Source: a virus | IMG/VR virus record: IMGVR_UViG_3300032607_000125 | Span: 1-64,000 of that record | DNA: 64,000 bases | Direction: 5' to 3' (one strand) | Shown here: positions 46,173-56,558 of the stretch, one piece after another | Position numbering within the stretch: position 1 is the first letter of the stretch | How the letters are laid out: each line of letters starts with the position of its first letter | Program-made: the position numbers and the translations under genes | Notes under the pieces: model-generated | The model's input: only the letters and a program-made list of their open reading frames with translations | Database searches by the model: none | Told to the model about the DNA's origin: nothing

Positions 46173-46772
46173 ATGGATAAGTATCAAAAATGGTATAACG
46201 CTCTAATAGATAATGCTAAAAAAAGAGCATGGGTAAAAAAGACTGCGCCATGCTATGTTGAAAGACACCACATTATTCCAAAATCTCTAGGTGGATCAAA
46301 TGATTCTAATAATTTAGTTTTTCTAACAGCAAGAGAACATTGTGTAGCGCATTTGATGTTGTGCAGATTTGGCAATAAGAATCAAATGATTAATGCTTTG
46401 CAAAGATTTATGTCATCAAATAAAACGGTATCTAGCATTTTATATGAAAGTTGTAAAAAACAATTTTCTATTATGATAAGCGAAAGATTAAAAGGCAATA
46501 AACATAGATTAGGTAAAATCGATTCTATAGAAACTCGTAAAAAGAAAAGTGTGCTTGGAAAGGGTGGTACTTGGAAAAGAACTGATGAACATAGAAGACA
46601 ATGTTCTGAAAGAGCTACTAAGAGAGCATACGAAAACAATCCTATGAATAGTGAAGAATCTAGAAAAAAAGTTGCTTTAAGTAAAATTGGTAGAAAGAAA
46701 TATATCAATCAATTAACTGGAGAAAGTAAAATGTTTTTACCTGGAACAGAGTTAATAGGTTGGAGTCGTTAA
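46173..46772 (+). mobile_element. Free-standing HNH homing endonuclease with NUMOD3-like C-terminus
   Basis: ERHHIIPKSLGGSNDSNNLVFLTAREHCVAH; HRLGKIDSIETRKKKS; inserted between gp13 and gp14. Confidence 0.88.
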
Positions 46773-46773
46773 T

Positions 46774-47421
46774 ATGCCAAATGTATATTTTTCACATGGT
46801 ACTCGTAATGAACAGTATCTTCTAGAAGATCTAATCGTAGAGTCTATCTCTATCTGGGGCCAGGAATTCTATTATATTCCTAGAACACTAGTTGCTAAAG
46901 ACGAGATCCTTGGCGAAGATCGCCTATCTAAATTTAAAAGCGCGTATCCAATTGATATGTACTTAGAATCAGTTGACGGGTTTGAAGGTCAGGGCGCATT
47001 CATTCAAAAGTTTGGTCTAATGATGGAACAATCTGCGACACTAACTGTCGCTCGTCGCACATGGGAAAGAGTAGTTGGAAAACATGGAAGCACTATACTT
47101 CCAAACAGACCATGTGAAGGCGATCTATTATACTTTCCGCTGACTAAAGGTCTATTTGAAATTAAGTTTGTTGATCATCAGGATCCATTCTATCAACTGA
47201 AGAAGCTTTATGTTTATAAGCTTCAGGTGGAACTATTTCAGTATGCTTCTGAGAAGATGGAAACTGGAATTCCAGCGATTGACATATTTGAAACTCTTAA
47301 GACTATGGATACTACACTACAACCTAACATTGATGTTGTAGATTCATATGGCGATAACAATAAGTTTAAAGCTGAAGCAACTGCCGTAGTCTTTGACACA
47401 AACAATCCATTCGGCGAATAA
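46774..47421 (+). CDS. gp14: Neck protein
   Basis: EQYLLEDLIVESISIWG...YIPRTLV...RPCEGDLLYFP...NPFGE. Confidence 0.93.
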   Translation: MPNVYFSHGTRNEQYLLEDLIVESISIWGQEFYYIPRTLVAKDEILGEDRLSKFKSAYPIDMYLESVDGFEGQGAFIQKFGLMMEQSATLTVARRTWERVVGKHGSTILPNRPCEGDLLYFPLTKGLFEIKFVDHQDPFYQLKKLYVYKLQVELFQYASEKMETGIPAIDIFETLKTMDTTLQPNIDVVDSYGDNNKFKAEATAVVFDTNNPFGE

Positions 47422-47422
47422 T

Positions 47423-48157
47423 ATGTTAAATAACAATATTTTCTATCATGCAATTACGCGTAAAGTTATAGTTGCATTTGGCAGTTTGTTTAGTGACATC
47501 CGTATTGAACGTAAAAAAGATGGTGATGTAGTTCAAACATTAGCAGTCCCAGTTGCATATGCACCAAAGGAAAAATGGCTTATCCGCATTGAACAAGATC
47601 CAATGCTAGAGAATCATACTTATACTACACTTCCAAGGTTATCATTTGAAATAACTGGACTAAACTATGATGCTTCACGCAAGACAAATAGAATGAGTCA
47701 TATTGCAGTCAATGATGCAAATGGAAATAATAGTAAATTATATGCTCCAGTTCCATACAATATAGACATATCGCTATATGCTTTGACAAAGACTCAAGAA
47801 GATGGATTACAAATCATTGAACAGATTCTTCCATACTTTACACCAGAATATACATTATCACTTAATGCTATTCCCAATAGCGATATTATAATGGATGTGC
47901 CAATTATTTTAGATAGCGTATCAATACAAGATGATTATGATGGTGATTTTGCAACTAGAAGATTTGTTACTTACACTATGAATTTTACTTTGAAGTGTAA
48001 CTTCTATGGTCCATTGACTGAAGGTAAGCTTATTACTAAGACATTCGTTGATCTTAATACTATCAATCTTACTCTTGATGCACTAGTTGCCAACAACGAT
48101 GGTGTTGGCAATCCAATAGATGGATCCAAAACTAATGTATGGACTGAAAAACCATAG
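47423..48157 (+). CDS. gp15: Tail sheath stabiliser / terminator
   Basis: FYHAITRKVIVAFGSLF...VPVAYAPKEKWL...LPRLSFEI...EQILPYFTP. Confidence 0.93.
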   Translation: MLNNNIFYHAITRKVIVAFGSLFSDIRIERKKDGDVVQTLAVPVAYAPKEKWLIRIEQDPMLENHTYTTLPRLSFEITGLNYDASRKTNRMSHIAVNDANGNNSKLYAPVPYNIDISLYALTKTQEDGLQIIEQILPYFTPEYTLSLNAIPNSDIIMDVPIILDSVSIQDDYDGDFATRRFVTYTMNFTLKCNFYGPLTEGKLITKTFVDLNTINLTLDALVANNDGVGNPIDGSKTNVWTEKP

Positions 48158-48173
48158 TACTATTATACCATAC

Positions 48174-49766
48174 ATGACAGAAAACCTAAAATCTTATAAT
48201 TCTAATTCGGGACTTAAAGCGGCAGGCCAAATTATTGGCTTTAGTAAAGAACAACTTCAAGAATATTTGAAGTGCGCTGAAGATCCAATTTATTTTATCA
48301 ATAATTATTGCATGATCGTATCACTCGATCAAGGCTTAATTCCATTTAAATTATACCCGTGTCAAGTAAATAAGATAAACATCATCCATAATAATCGTAA
48401 GGTTATTCTAATGGAAGGTCGTCAGCAAGGTAAGACTACATCTTCAGCAGCATACATCCTTTGGTACACTATATTTCAAACTAGTAAGACAGTAGCTATC
48501 CTTGCGAATAAAGCAACCGCAGCTCGTGAGGTATTAAATCGTTACCAATTAATGTATGAAAATCTTCCACTTTGGATGCAACAGGGTGTTACCACATGGA
48601 ACAAAGGCGATATCGAATTAGAGAATGGTTCTAAAGTATTCACTGCTGCAACATCAGCATCTGGTATTCGTGGTAAGTCTGTTAACATGTTGTATGTTGA
48701 CGAAACTGCGATCATCCCAAACACTGTTGCCGATCAGTTCTTTGCTTCAGTATACCCAACAATTTCAGCCGGTGATACTACGAAGATCTTATTAAGTTCT
48801 ACTCCTTTGGGATATAACCACTTTTGGAAATTCTGGAACGATGCAGAGAATGACCGCAATGGGTTCGTTCCATTGTTTATTCCATATACAGATATTCCAG
48901 GTAGAGACGCAGCATGGGCTAATGAACAACATAGATTACTCGGTGATCTTAAATTTAATCAAGAAGTATTATGTACTTTCCTTGGTTCAAGTTTAACATT
49001 GATTGGTTCAAACACAATCTCACAAATGTCTCCGGGAAGAATAATATATAGTAAAGACGGATTTGATGTCTATGAAAAACCGATGGTTGGTTGCGTATAT
49101 GCACTGGTTGCAGACACCGCAAAAGGCGTTGGTGGAGATTATTCTGCATTCGTAGTTATAGATATGACAGAACTTCCATATAGACTAGTTGCCAAGTATA
49201 AAGACAATAGGATTAGTCCTATGTTGTATCCTTCGATTATAAATAAAGTTGGAAAAGAATATAATACTGCATACGTTCTTATTGAGATTAACTCTTCAGA
49301 ACAAGTTGCTGATATTCTATACAGCGAATATGAATATGACAATGTTGTTATGGTCAATAGAAGTGGCGATGGACAGACAATATCGGGTGGCTTTGGTGGC
49401 GGAAAAACTCAATTGGGGGTTATAACCGACAAGAGAGTCAAACGAATTGGATGTTCTAATTTTAAAGCTCTCGTTGAAGAAAAACGATTATTGATTCCCG
49501 ATGCCGATGTTATATCTGAAATTTCTACATTTATTCAAGTAAAGAATAGTTATGAAGCAGATGAAGGTTATCATGATGATCTAGTTATGCCTTTAGTATT
49601 GTTTTCGTGGGCAACTAGTAGTCAATACTTTAAGGATCTTAGTAATATCAACATTAGACAAGTGATGTATGAAAACCAAATGAAACAAATTGAATCGGAC
49701 TTAACTCCATTTGGTTTTCTAGATGATGGACAAACAAGAGAAGATGGCCTAATGGCTAACTTCTAA
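48174..49766 (+). CDS. gp17: Terminase large subunit
   Basis: RQQGKTT (Walker A), YVDE (Walker B), ADTAKGVGGDYSAF and HDDLVM nuclease motifs; probable start 48174. Confidence 0.96.
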   Translation: MTENLKSYNSNSGLKAAGQIIGFSKEQLQEYLKCAEDPIYFINNYCMIVSLDQGLIPFKLYPCQVNKINIIHNNRKVILMEGRQQGKTTSSAAYILWYTIFQTSKTVAILANKATAAREVLNRYQLMYENLPLWMQQGVTTWNKGDIELENGSKVFTAATSASGIRGKSVNMLYVDETAIIPNTVADQFFASVYPTISAGDTTKILLSSTPLGYNHFWKFWNDAENDRNGFVPLFIPYTDIPGRDAAWANEQHRLLGDLKFNQEVLCTFLGSSLTLIGSNTISQMSPGRIIYSKDGFDVYEKPMVGCVYALVADTAKGVGGDYSAFVVIDMTELPYRLVAKYKDNRISPMLYPSIINKVGKEYNTAYVLIEINSSEQVADILYSEYEYDNVVMVNRSGDGQTISGGFGGGKTQLGVITDKRVKRIGCSNFKALVEEKRLLIPDADVISEISTFIQVKNSYEADEGYHDDLVMPLVLFSWATSSQYFKDLSNINIRQVMYENQMKQIESDLTPFGFLDDGQTREDGLMANF

Positions 49767-49777
49767 AATCGACTATA

Positions 49778-49785
49778 TATAAATA
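49778..49785 (+). promoter_or_regulatory. T4 late promoter (gp18)
   Basis: Exact TATAAATA in the intergenic region. Confidence 0.8.
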
Positions 49786-49833
49786 AAGATAGACAAAGTT
49801 CTAATTTATTAATAACTCTCAAGGAGAATCGCA

Positions 49834-52125
49834 ATGCCTTTCGCACTATCTCCAGGCGTAACAATTGTTGAGAAAGACTTCTCATCTATTATTCCTGCTG
49901 TTTCAACTTCCGCTGGCGCGTTCGCTGGCGTGTTTTCATGGGGACCAGTGGCAGAGCCAACGACTGTTTCTTCTGAGGATGTACTAGTACAATCATTCGG
50001 AAAACCAAATGATTCAAACTATCAATCGTTTTTCTCTGCCGCTAACTTTTTATCATATACAAACAATCTAATTGTTAACCGTACTGATACTTCTGATCTA
50101 CGCAATGCTGTTTCGGCTGCTGGTGGTGAAGTTTTAGATGTAACGTTTTCAACTAAGGGTTCTGGTTATAAAATTGGTCATGCTCCTACCGTAACGTTCT
50201 CTGCGCCAGAAACTGCTGGTGGAACTACAGCTGTTGGCACTATCGTTCTTAGTGGCGGTATTGTTACTGGTTTTACTATTGTTGGCGGCGGCGGTTATAT
50301 AACTGCTCCTACTGTTACTATTAGTGCTCCTGAAATTGAAGGTGGCCAAACTGCAGTAGCTACTGCAGTTCTTAGTGGTGGTGTTGTTACTGCAATTAAC
50401 TTGACTTCTGGTTACACCGGTTCAGGTTATCTTAATGCTCCTACTATTACTATTAGTGCAGCTCCAGCAGGTGGAACTACTGCGACTGCGACTGCGACTG
50501 TTGCAACTTCTAGCATTAGCAAAATTAGTCTTACTACTGGTGGTTCTGGTTACGTTGCAGTTCCTACTGTTACTATCGTAGCAAATAACACTGGTACTGT
50601 TGGCGCTGTAGTTGCTCCTACTGGTGTAACGGCAGTTTTATCATCTTCTACAGGTGTTAAGATTAGAAACACTGCCGACTACGTTGCCAACTTCCGCGAC
50701 TTCCAGCAATCAGTGTATGGTATGTTTGCCGCTAGATATCCAGGTACTCTTGGTAATGGCATTCAAATCGTATTAGTTGATAATAGCGTATACACTTGGG
50801 CTTTAGCAAATCCAACTAGTTATATTAGTGGTACGACTGTAAGAGCTTCTGTTATTACTAGTAGCTTTGCTGGTGCGCCAGGAACTAGCACTGCTGCAGC
50901 ACTAAAAGGTATCATTAATGACGAACTTCACGTTTTAGTATTAGATACTCCTCGTGGAACTTGGTCTGGTGTACCTAATACTACTCTTGAAAAGTATTCA
51001 TACCTTTCAAAGATTAAAGGTGTTACTCGTAGTGATGGCACAAATGTTTACTTCCGTGATGCAATCAATAGTGGATCTAGATATGTTTGGGTTCTAAACA
51101 CTCCAAGCGTAGTTCTAATCAATGATCCGCAGAATGCAGATTGGAATCAAAGCATTGATTCGATTCTTCAAGCAACCAATCTTCGCGACTTAAAACCTAC
51201 TGCAGTGGCAACAGTGCTAGCTGGTGGTGTAGATGACTTTGTTGCAACCGACGGTGAAACACAAGCAGCATTCTTACAGTTCACTAATACTGATTTGTAT
51301 GATATCTCTCTTGTCGTATCAGGCGATGTTAGCGCAGTAACTGCAAACGTTCTAATTAATAGTTTGGCTGAAATCCGCAAAGACTGTGTAGTGTTTATCT
51401 CTCCACGAAATGCTGATGGTTCTCCAATTACTATTTCTACTAGTGCAGTAACAAGTATCCAAGCGTTTAAATCGACGTTGACTAATAGTACTTATGCAGT
51501 TCTAGACACTGGTTGCAAATATCAATATGATCGTTACAATGATGTATATCGTTGGATTCCATTGAATGCAGACATCGCCGGTCTGTGCGCTCGCACTGAC
51601 TATACGACTGACGCATGGTTCTCTCCAGGTGGTTTCACTCGTGGACAAGTAAAGAATGTAGTTAAGTTAGGTTTCAATCCTGGCCCTACTGATCGCGATA
51701 ATCTTTACAAAGAAAGCGTAAATCCAGTCGTAACATTCCCAGGTCAAGGTACAATCCTTTACGGTGATAAAACATTCTGGGCTAAACCAAGTGCTTTTGA
51801 TCGTATCAACGTACGTCGTCTATTCATTGTGTTGGAAAAAGCAGTTGCAACAGCAGCTAAATACCAACTATTCGAGTTTAACGATGACTTCACTCGTGCT
51901 CAATTCCGCAATCTAGTGGAACCGTTCCTACGAAATGTTCAAGGCCGTCGTGGTATTATCGACTTCCGTGTTAAGTGTGACAATAGTAATAACACAGGCG
52001 AAGTGATTGATCGTAATGAGTTTGTTGCAAGTATCTTCATCAAACCAAATCGTTCTATTAACTTCATCACGCTAAACTTCGTAGCCGCTCGTTCAAGTGT
52101 AAGCTTCGACGAAATCGGCGGTTAA
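49834..52125 (+). CDS. gp18: Tail sheath protein
   Basis: LSPGVTIVEKD...WFSPGGFTRG...FDRINVRRLF...FIKPNRSINFITLNFVA. Confidence 0.96.
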   Translation: MPFALSPGVTIVEKDFSSIIPAVSTSAGAFAGVFSWGPVAEPTTVSSEDVLVQSFGKPNDSNYQSFFSAANFLSYTNNLIVNRTDTSDLRNAVSAAGGEVLDVTFSTKGSGYKIGHAPTVTFSAPETAGGTTAVGTIVLSGGIVTGFTIVGGGGYITAPTVTISAPEIEGGQTAVATAVLSGGVVTAINLTSGYTGSGYLNAPTITISAAPAGGTTATATATVATSSISKISLTTGGSGYVAVPTVTIVANNTGTVGAVVAPTGVTAVLSSSTGVKIRNTADYVANFRDFQQSVYGMFAARYPGTLGNGIQIVLVDNSVYTWALANPTSYISGTTVRASVITSSFAGAPGTSTAAALKGIINDELHVLVLDTPRGTWSGVPNTTLEKYSYLSKIKGVTRSDGTNVYFRDAINSGSRYVWVLNTPSVVLINDPQNADWNQSIDSILQATNLRDLKPTAVATVLAGGVDDFVATDGETQAAFLQFTNTDLYDISLVVSGDVSAVTANVLINSLAEIRKDCVVFISPRNADGSPITISTSAVTSIQAFKSTLTNSTYAVLDTGCKYQYDRYNDVYRWIPLNADIAGLCARTDYTTDAWFSPGGFTRGQVKNVVKLGFNPGPTDRDNLYKESVNPVVTFPGQGTILYGDKTFWAKPSAFDRINVRRLFIVLEKAVATAAKYQLFEFNDDFTRAQFRNLVEPFLRNVQGRRGIIDFRVKCDNSNNTGEVIDRNEFVASIFIKPNRSINFITLNFVAARSSVSFDEIGG

Positions 52126-52132
52126 TTTAAAA

Positions 52133-52158
52133 GGGGGAGATTAACCTCTCTCCCGTTT
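52133..52158 (+). terminator. Hairpin after gp18
   Basis: GGGGGAGA-TTAACC-TCTCTCCC (one G-U pair) followed by GTTT; a late-like AATAAATA follows at 52160. Confidence 0.5.
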
Positions 52159-52189
52159 GAATAAATAAAAGAATAAAGGAGTCATTCAG

Positions 52190-52786
52190 ATGGCAAACAT
52201 TTCAGATTTTAAAGCACAACTTACTGGTGGCGGTGCTCGCGCCAACCAGTTTAGAGTTCAGTTGGCTTTCCCTACGTTTGTAAACCTTGGCGCAGTTGCT
52301 GGTGTACAAGCTCAGTTCTTATGCAACACAGCACAATTACCAGCATCGACTATTGAACCTATCTCTGTACTATATAGAGGTCGTCCAGTAAATTTTGCAG
52401 GTGAACGTACGTTTGCACCTTGGACTGTTTCAATCTATAACGATACGAACTTTAATATTCGTAACGCACTAGAACAATGGTCTAATGGCATTCAGAACAA
52501 TGCAGCAACAACTGGTATTGTCAATCCATTAAATTATCAAGTTGACTTAGCTGTATATCAATTGGATCGCAATGGCGCTACAATTAAAACATACAACTTT
52601 GTTGATGCATTTCCTTCTGAAGTTGGTGATATCCAACTAGGATACGATCAAGGTAACGCGATTGAAACGTTTAACGTGACATTCCAGTATAACTTCTGGA
52701 CATCAGACACTTCAACCGGCGGTGCTGCTGGTGGATTTGGAGTTAGCGGAACAATTAACACCCCAGTCGGTTCATTCCCTATTTAA
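52190..52786 (+). CDS. gp19: Tail tube protein
   Basis: GGARANQFRV...GRPVNFAGERTFAPWTV...FPSEVGDIQL. Confidence 0.95.
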   Translation: MANISDFKAQLTGGGARANQFRVQLAFPTFVNLGAVAGVQAQFLCNTAQLPASTIEPISVLYRGRPVNFAGERTFAPWTVSIYNDTNFNIRNALEQWSNGIQNNAATTGIVNPLNYQVDLAVYQLDRNGATIKTYNFVDAFPSEVGDIQLGYDQGNAIETFNVTFQYNFWTSDTSTGGAAGGFGVSGTINTPVGSFPI

Positions 52787-52802
52787 TTAAAAGCGATATA
52801 TA

Positions 52803-54338
52803 ATGAAAGTTTTTGGTTTTGAAATTCAGCGCAAGAAACAACCTGAAACGTTATCAATTATTGCGCCATCAGCAGATGATGGCTCAACGGTTGTTACGTC
52901 TACTGCAGGATACTATGCACATGTGATGAACATGGATGATACGATTAAGAGTGAAAATGACTTAATTCGTAGATACCGTGAAGTATCTCAATATCCAGAC
53001 TGCGATAGTGCCATTGATGATATCACCAATGAAGCTATTGTTGCAGAAGAAGATCATGCACCAGTTGAAATTGTTTTAGATGATCTAAAAGTTTCTGCTG
53101 CAATTAAAACCAAGATTACTGACGAGTTTAAGAACGTCATGACCCTTTTGAAATTTGATCAAAAAGGTCATGACATCTTTCGCAATTGGTATGTTGATGG
53201 TAGATTATACTATCAAATTCTGGTAGATGAAGAAAATCCTAAGAATGGTATTGCCGAACTACGACCAGTCGATTGTCGTAAAATTCGTAAGATTAAGAAT
53301 GTAAAGAAACAAAAGAACGCACAAGGCGTGGAAGTTGTTATGAACGTAGAAGAGTACTACCTATACAACGATAAAGGTATTACAGAATCTACTACACAAG
53401 GAATTAAACTTCCTGTTGATTCTATTCTCTACACTCCATCAGGAGTGATAGACCAAAATAGTGGTCTTATGCTATCGTATTTGCATAAGGCTATTAAGTT
53501 AGTAAATCAACTTAAAATGATGGAAGACTCGCTAGTCATCTATCGTATTAGTAGAGCACCAGAACGTAGAATTTTCTACGTTGACGTTGGTAATCTACCA
53601 AAACAAAAAGCTGAACAATACGTCAATGATTTGATGAATAAGTTCCGCAACAAAGTTGTTTACGATGCAACAACTGGCGAAGTCCGTGATGATCGTAAGC
53701 ATATGTCTATGATGGAAGACTTCTGGATGCCACGCCGTGAAGGTGGTAAAGGCACAGAAATCACAACACTTCCAGGTGGACAAACTCTTGGTCAAATTGA
53801 AGACATTGAGTTCTTCCAAAACAAATTATACCAAGCATTGAACGTCCCAATGAGTCGTCTAAAAGGCGATAGTGGATTTAGTATTGGCCGCTCATCTGAA
53901 ATTTCTCGAGATGAGATCAAGTTTACAAAGTTTGTTTGGAGAATTCGTAAGAAATTTTCAAACTTATTCCTCGATGCATTAAAGATTCAGTTAGTTCTTA
54001 AAGGTGTTATCAATATCGATGATTGGTCAGAAATGGTTCAACAGATTCGATTTGACTTCATGAAGGATAATCACTTTTCGGAAATTAAAGACAATGAGAT
54101 TATGCAAGGTAGAATCAATTTACTAACTTCTATTGATCCATTTGTTGGCAAGTATTATTCTCCTACATATGTTAAACGTAAGATCCTTATGCTTAATGAT
54201 GAACAGATTGAAGAAATTGACGCAGAGAATGAGACACATAATGCTGAAACCCAAGCAACTGAAATAGAAGACATGAAAGTCAAAGGTCAAGCTAATGCTG
54301 ACATTGTGAATATGAAAGACACTGGAGATAAAAAATGA
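52803..54338 (+). CDS. gp20: Portal protein
   Basis: LKMMEDSLVIYRISRAPERRIFYVDVGNLPK...EDFWMPRREGGKGTEITTLPGG. Confidence 0.97.
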   Translation: MKVFGFEIQRKKQPETLSIIAPSADDGSTVVTSTAGYYAHVMNMDDTIKSENDLIRRYREVSQYPDCDSAIDDITNEAIVAEEDHAPVEIVLDDLKVSAAIKTKITDEFKNVMTLLKFDQKGHDIFRNWYVDGRLYYQILVDEENPKNGIAELRPVDCRKIRKIKNVKKQKNAQGVEVVMNVEEYYLYNDKGITESTTQGIKLPVDSILYTPSGVIDQNSGLMLSYLHKAIKLVNQLKMMEDSLVIYRISRAPERRIFYVDVGNLPKQKAEQYVNDLMNKFRNKVVYDATTGEVRDDRKHMSMMEDFWMPRREGGKGTEITTLPGGQTLGQIEDIEFFQNKLYQALNVPMSRLKGDSGFSIGRSSEISRDEIKFTKFVWRIRKKFSNLFLDALKIQLVLKGVINIDDWSEMVQQIRFDFMKDNHFSEIKDNEIMQGRINLLTSIDPFVGKYYSPTYVKRKILMLNDEQIEEIDAENETHNAETQATEIEDMKVKGQANADIVNMKDTGDKK

Positions 54339-54505
54339 GTACACGCGATTTAGTAGATGCCCTAATTTCAGGCGATTCAATTGAAATTGAAAATGCATTT
54401 GATGCTACTATGGCAGAAAGAATGTCAACAAGTTTGGATGCATATAAAGTTGAAATAGCACAATCAATGTTTAACGCCATTACTGCAGACGAAACTTCAG
54501 AATAA
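54335..54505 (+). CDS. Small prohead core protein (gp67-like; not in the ORF track)
   Basis: ATGA overlap with the portal stop; MSTRDLVDALISGDSIEIENAF...AQSMF; 56 aa. Confidence 0.7.
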   Translation: MSTRDLVDALISGDSIEIENAFDATMAERMSTSLDAYKVEIAQSMFNAITADETSE

Positions 54506-54550
54506 TTCTAATTTATTTGATGATAAATATAAAATCAATAAGGAACTAAT

Positions 54551-54985
54551 ATGGCGGTCGTAAAAAGCTTTTTAAAATTAACAGAATCTGACTGTGTAGT
54601 TAAAGTCGCAGGAACTGCAGGAGCAGCTACTATTAGTTTGTCTACTGATTTGTTACGCCCAACAGAATCGCTTACTGGTGGAGCACAAGCGCCTAAAGTT
54701 GTTATTACTACACTGACGTGGACTGGTGACACTGCTGGCGTTATTAGTATTTCTAGAGGCGGTACGATTATTTGCACTCTCTTAGCAGCTGCATGCAGTC
54801 AGTTGGATTTTGGAGGACAATTTGCAACAGCAGAAAACACTAATGCAACTAACGATATTGTTGTTACTATTAGCGGTGGACAAGCAGAATTGTTTATGCG
54901 TATTTCAAAAGTAACAGGCTATTCAAGCAAAATTGAAACTTCACAGTTCAGCGTATATGATGATACCTCAGTAGTGGGAAGCTAA
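54551..54985 (+). CDS. Hypothetical head-region protein
   Basis: 144-aa beta-rich ORF with SD AAGGA and GATAAATA at 54522. Confidence 0.7.
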   Translation: MAVVKSFLKLTESDCVVKVAGTAGAATISLSTDLLRPTESLTGGAQAPKVVITTLTWTGDTAGVISISRGGTIICTLLAAACSQLDFGGQFATAENTNATNDIVVTISGGQAELFMRISKVTGYSSKIETSQFSVYDDTSVVGS

Positions 54986-54987
54986 TC

Positions 54988-55641
54988 ATGTATTTAATTA
55001 AAGAAGTTTTAGAATCAGTACACCTTATTACCGAGAACAAACTCGGTAAAGGTAAAGAATATTTTATTGAAGGTGTATTCCTTCAATCAGAAGTTAAAAA
55101 TCGTAACGGCCGTATGTATCCAGAGTCTACAATGGATAAAGAAGTTGCTCGTTATATGTTAGAAAAAGTAAATAAGAATACAGCTTATGGAGAACTTGGT
55201 CATCCAGATTCTCCTTCTATCAATTTGGATAGAGTATCACATATGATCGTCGATCTTCGTAAAGAAGGCACTAATTATATTGGTAAAGCAAAGATCATGG
55301 AAACGCCAATGGGTAATATTGCACGAAGCCTTCTTGAAGGTGGAGCAAATCTAGGCGTTTCCAGTAGAGCGCTTGGTTCTATTCGAATGAATAGAGAAGG
55401 AATTCAAGTTGTTCAAGACGATTTTATGTTGTCTACAGCGGCAGACATCGTAGCTGATCCTTCAGCGCCTGATGCTTTCGTAAGAGGTATCATGGAGTCG
55501 GCAGAGTGGGTTTTTGTTGATGGTCGCTTTGAACAAAAGCATATTGAACAAACTAAGAAACTTATTCAGAATGTTCCATCTAAGCGATTGAACGAAGTTT
55601 CCGTACAAGCATTTCAGAACTTTCTGAATAATCTAAAGTAA
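54988..55641 (+). CDS. gp21: Prohead protease
   Basis: IEGVFLQSEVKNRNGRMYP...GELGHP...LGVSSRALGS...DIVADPSAPDAFV. Confidence 0.96.
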   Translation: MYLIKEVLESVHLITENKLGKGKEYFIEGVFLQSEVKNRNGRMYPESTMDKEVARYMLEKVNKNTAYGELGHPDSPSINLDRVSHMIVDLRKEGTNYIGKAKIMETPMGNIARSLLEGGANLGVSSRALGSIRMNREGIQVVQDDFMLSTAADIVADPSAPDAFVRGIMESAEWVFVDGRFEQKHIEQTKKLIQNVPSKRLNEVSVQAFQNFLNNLK

Positions 55642-55674
55642 TAAATAAATAATCTAGTTTAGGAGAATAAACAA

Positions 55675-56535
55675 ATGTCTATCGAACAAAAAATTGCCGA
55701 CCTTCTTGAAGAATCTAAGAAGTTGCAAGAAGAAGAACAAACTGAAGTGGTTGCTGAAGAAGTGATTACCGAAGAAGAAGTAACTGAAGAAGTAACTGAA
55801 GTGGTTGCTGAAGAACTTACAATCGATGTATCTGAAGACGTTGCCGCACTGGTTAACGGTGAAGATCTATCGGAAGAATTTAAAACTAAAGCTGCTACAA
55901 TTTTTGAAGCAGCTGTAGTAACTCGCGTTAAGCAAGAAATTGCTAAACTCGATGAACAGTTTGATACTAAACTTGCAGAGCAAGTCGAGTCAATCAAAGA
56001 GGGTCTTGTTGAAAAAGTTGATGGATATCTCAACTACGTAGTTGAGCAGTGGATGACAGATAATGAGCTTGCCCTTGAGAATGGTATGAAGAGTGAAATC
56101 ATGGAGAGTTTCATCACAGGTATGAAAGGCCTTTTTGAACAACACTACATTGATGTACCTGAAGAAAAGTTTGATGTTCTAGGCGAAATGCAAGAAGAAG
56201 TTAGTGCTGTAAAGTCTAAACTCGACGAGCAATTAGCTGCTAATGTTGAATTAACTAAGCAAGTAAATGAAATGAAGAGAGTTGCTGCGATTGCAGAATC
56301 AGCAGCAGGAATGGTTGATACCGACGTAGAAAAGTTTAGCGGCCTTGCCGAAGAACTTGCCTTCGAAGATGCTGATACCTTCAAGACAAAACTTCAAACC
56401 ATTAAGGAAAATTATTTTGGTAAGAAGGTAAGTAAGACTGTTAATTCAGTCGTGACAGATGAACCAGTGCAACTCTCTGAAGAAACTATCAGTCCTAGAA
56501 TGGCTGCTACTCTTCGTGCACTTGGCAAAAAGTAA
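55675..56535 (+). CDS. gp22: Prohead core scaffold
   Basis: Acidic; LSEEFKTKAATIFEAAV...VDGYLNYVVEQWM...KLQTIKENYF. Confidence 0.93.
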   Translation: MSIEQKIADLLEESKKLQEEEQTEVVAEEVITEEEVTEEVTEVVAEELTIDVSEDVAALVNGEDLSEEFKTKAATIFEAAVVTRVKQEIAKLDEQFDTKLAEQVESIKEGLVEKVDGYLNYVVEQWMTDNELALENGMKSEIMESFITGMKGLFEQHYIDVPEEKFDVLGEMQEEVSAVKSKLDEQLAANVELTKQVNEMKRVAAIAESAAGMVDTDVEKFSGLAEELAFEDADTFKTKLQTIKENYFGKKVSKTVNSVVTDEPVQLSEETISPRMAATLRALGKK

Positions 56536-56558
56536 ACATCCATTAAAGGAAAAATAAA

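Noticed and set aside
25768-49245. TATAAATA octamers inside gp8 (25768) and gp17 (49238)
   Set aside because: They are intragenic, far from start codons, and expected by chance in AT-rich DNA.
55741-55815. 21-nt direct repeat in gp22
   Set aside because: It lies in an ordinary low-complexity acidic linker (TEVVAEE) of the scaffold protein.
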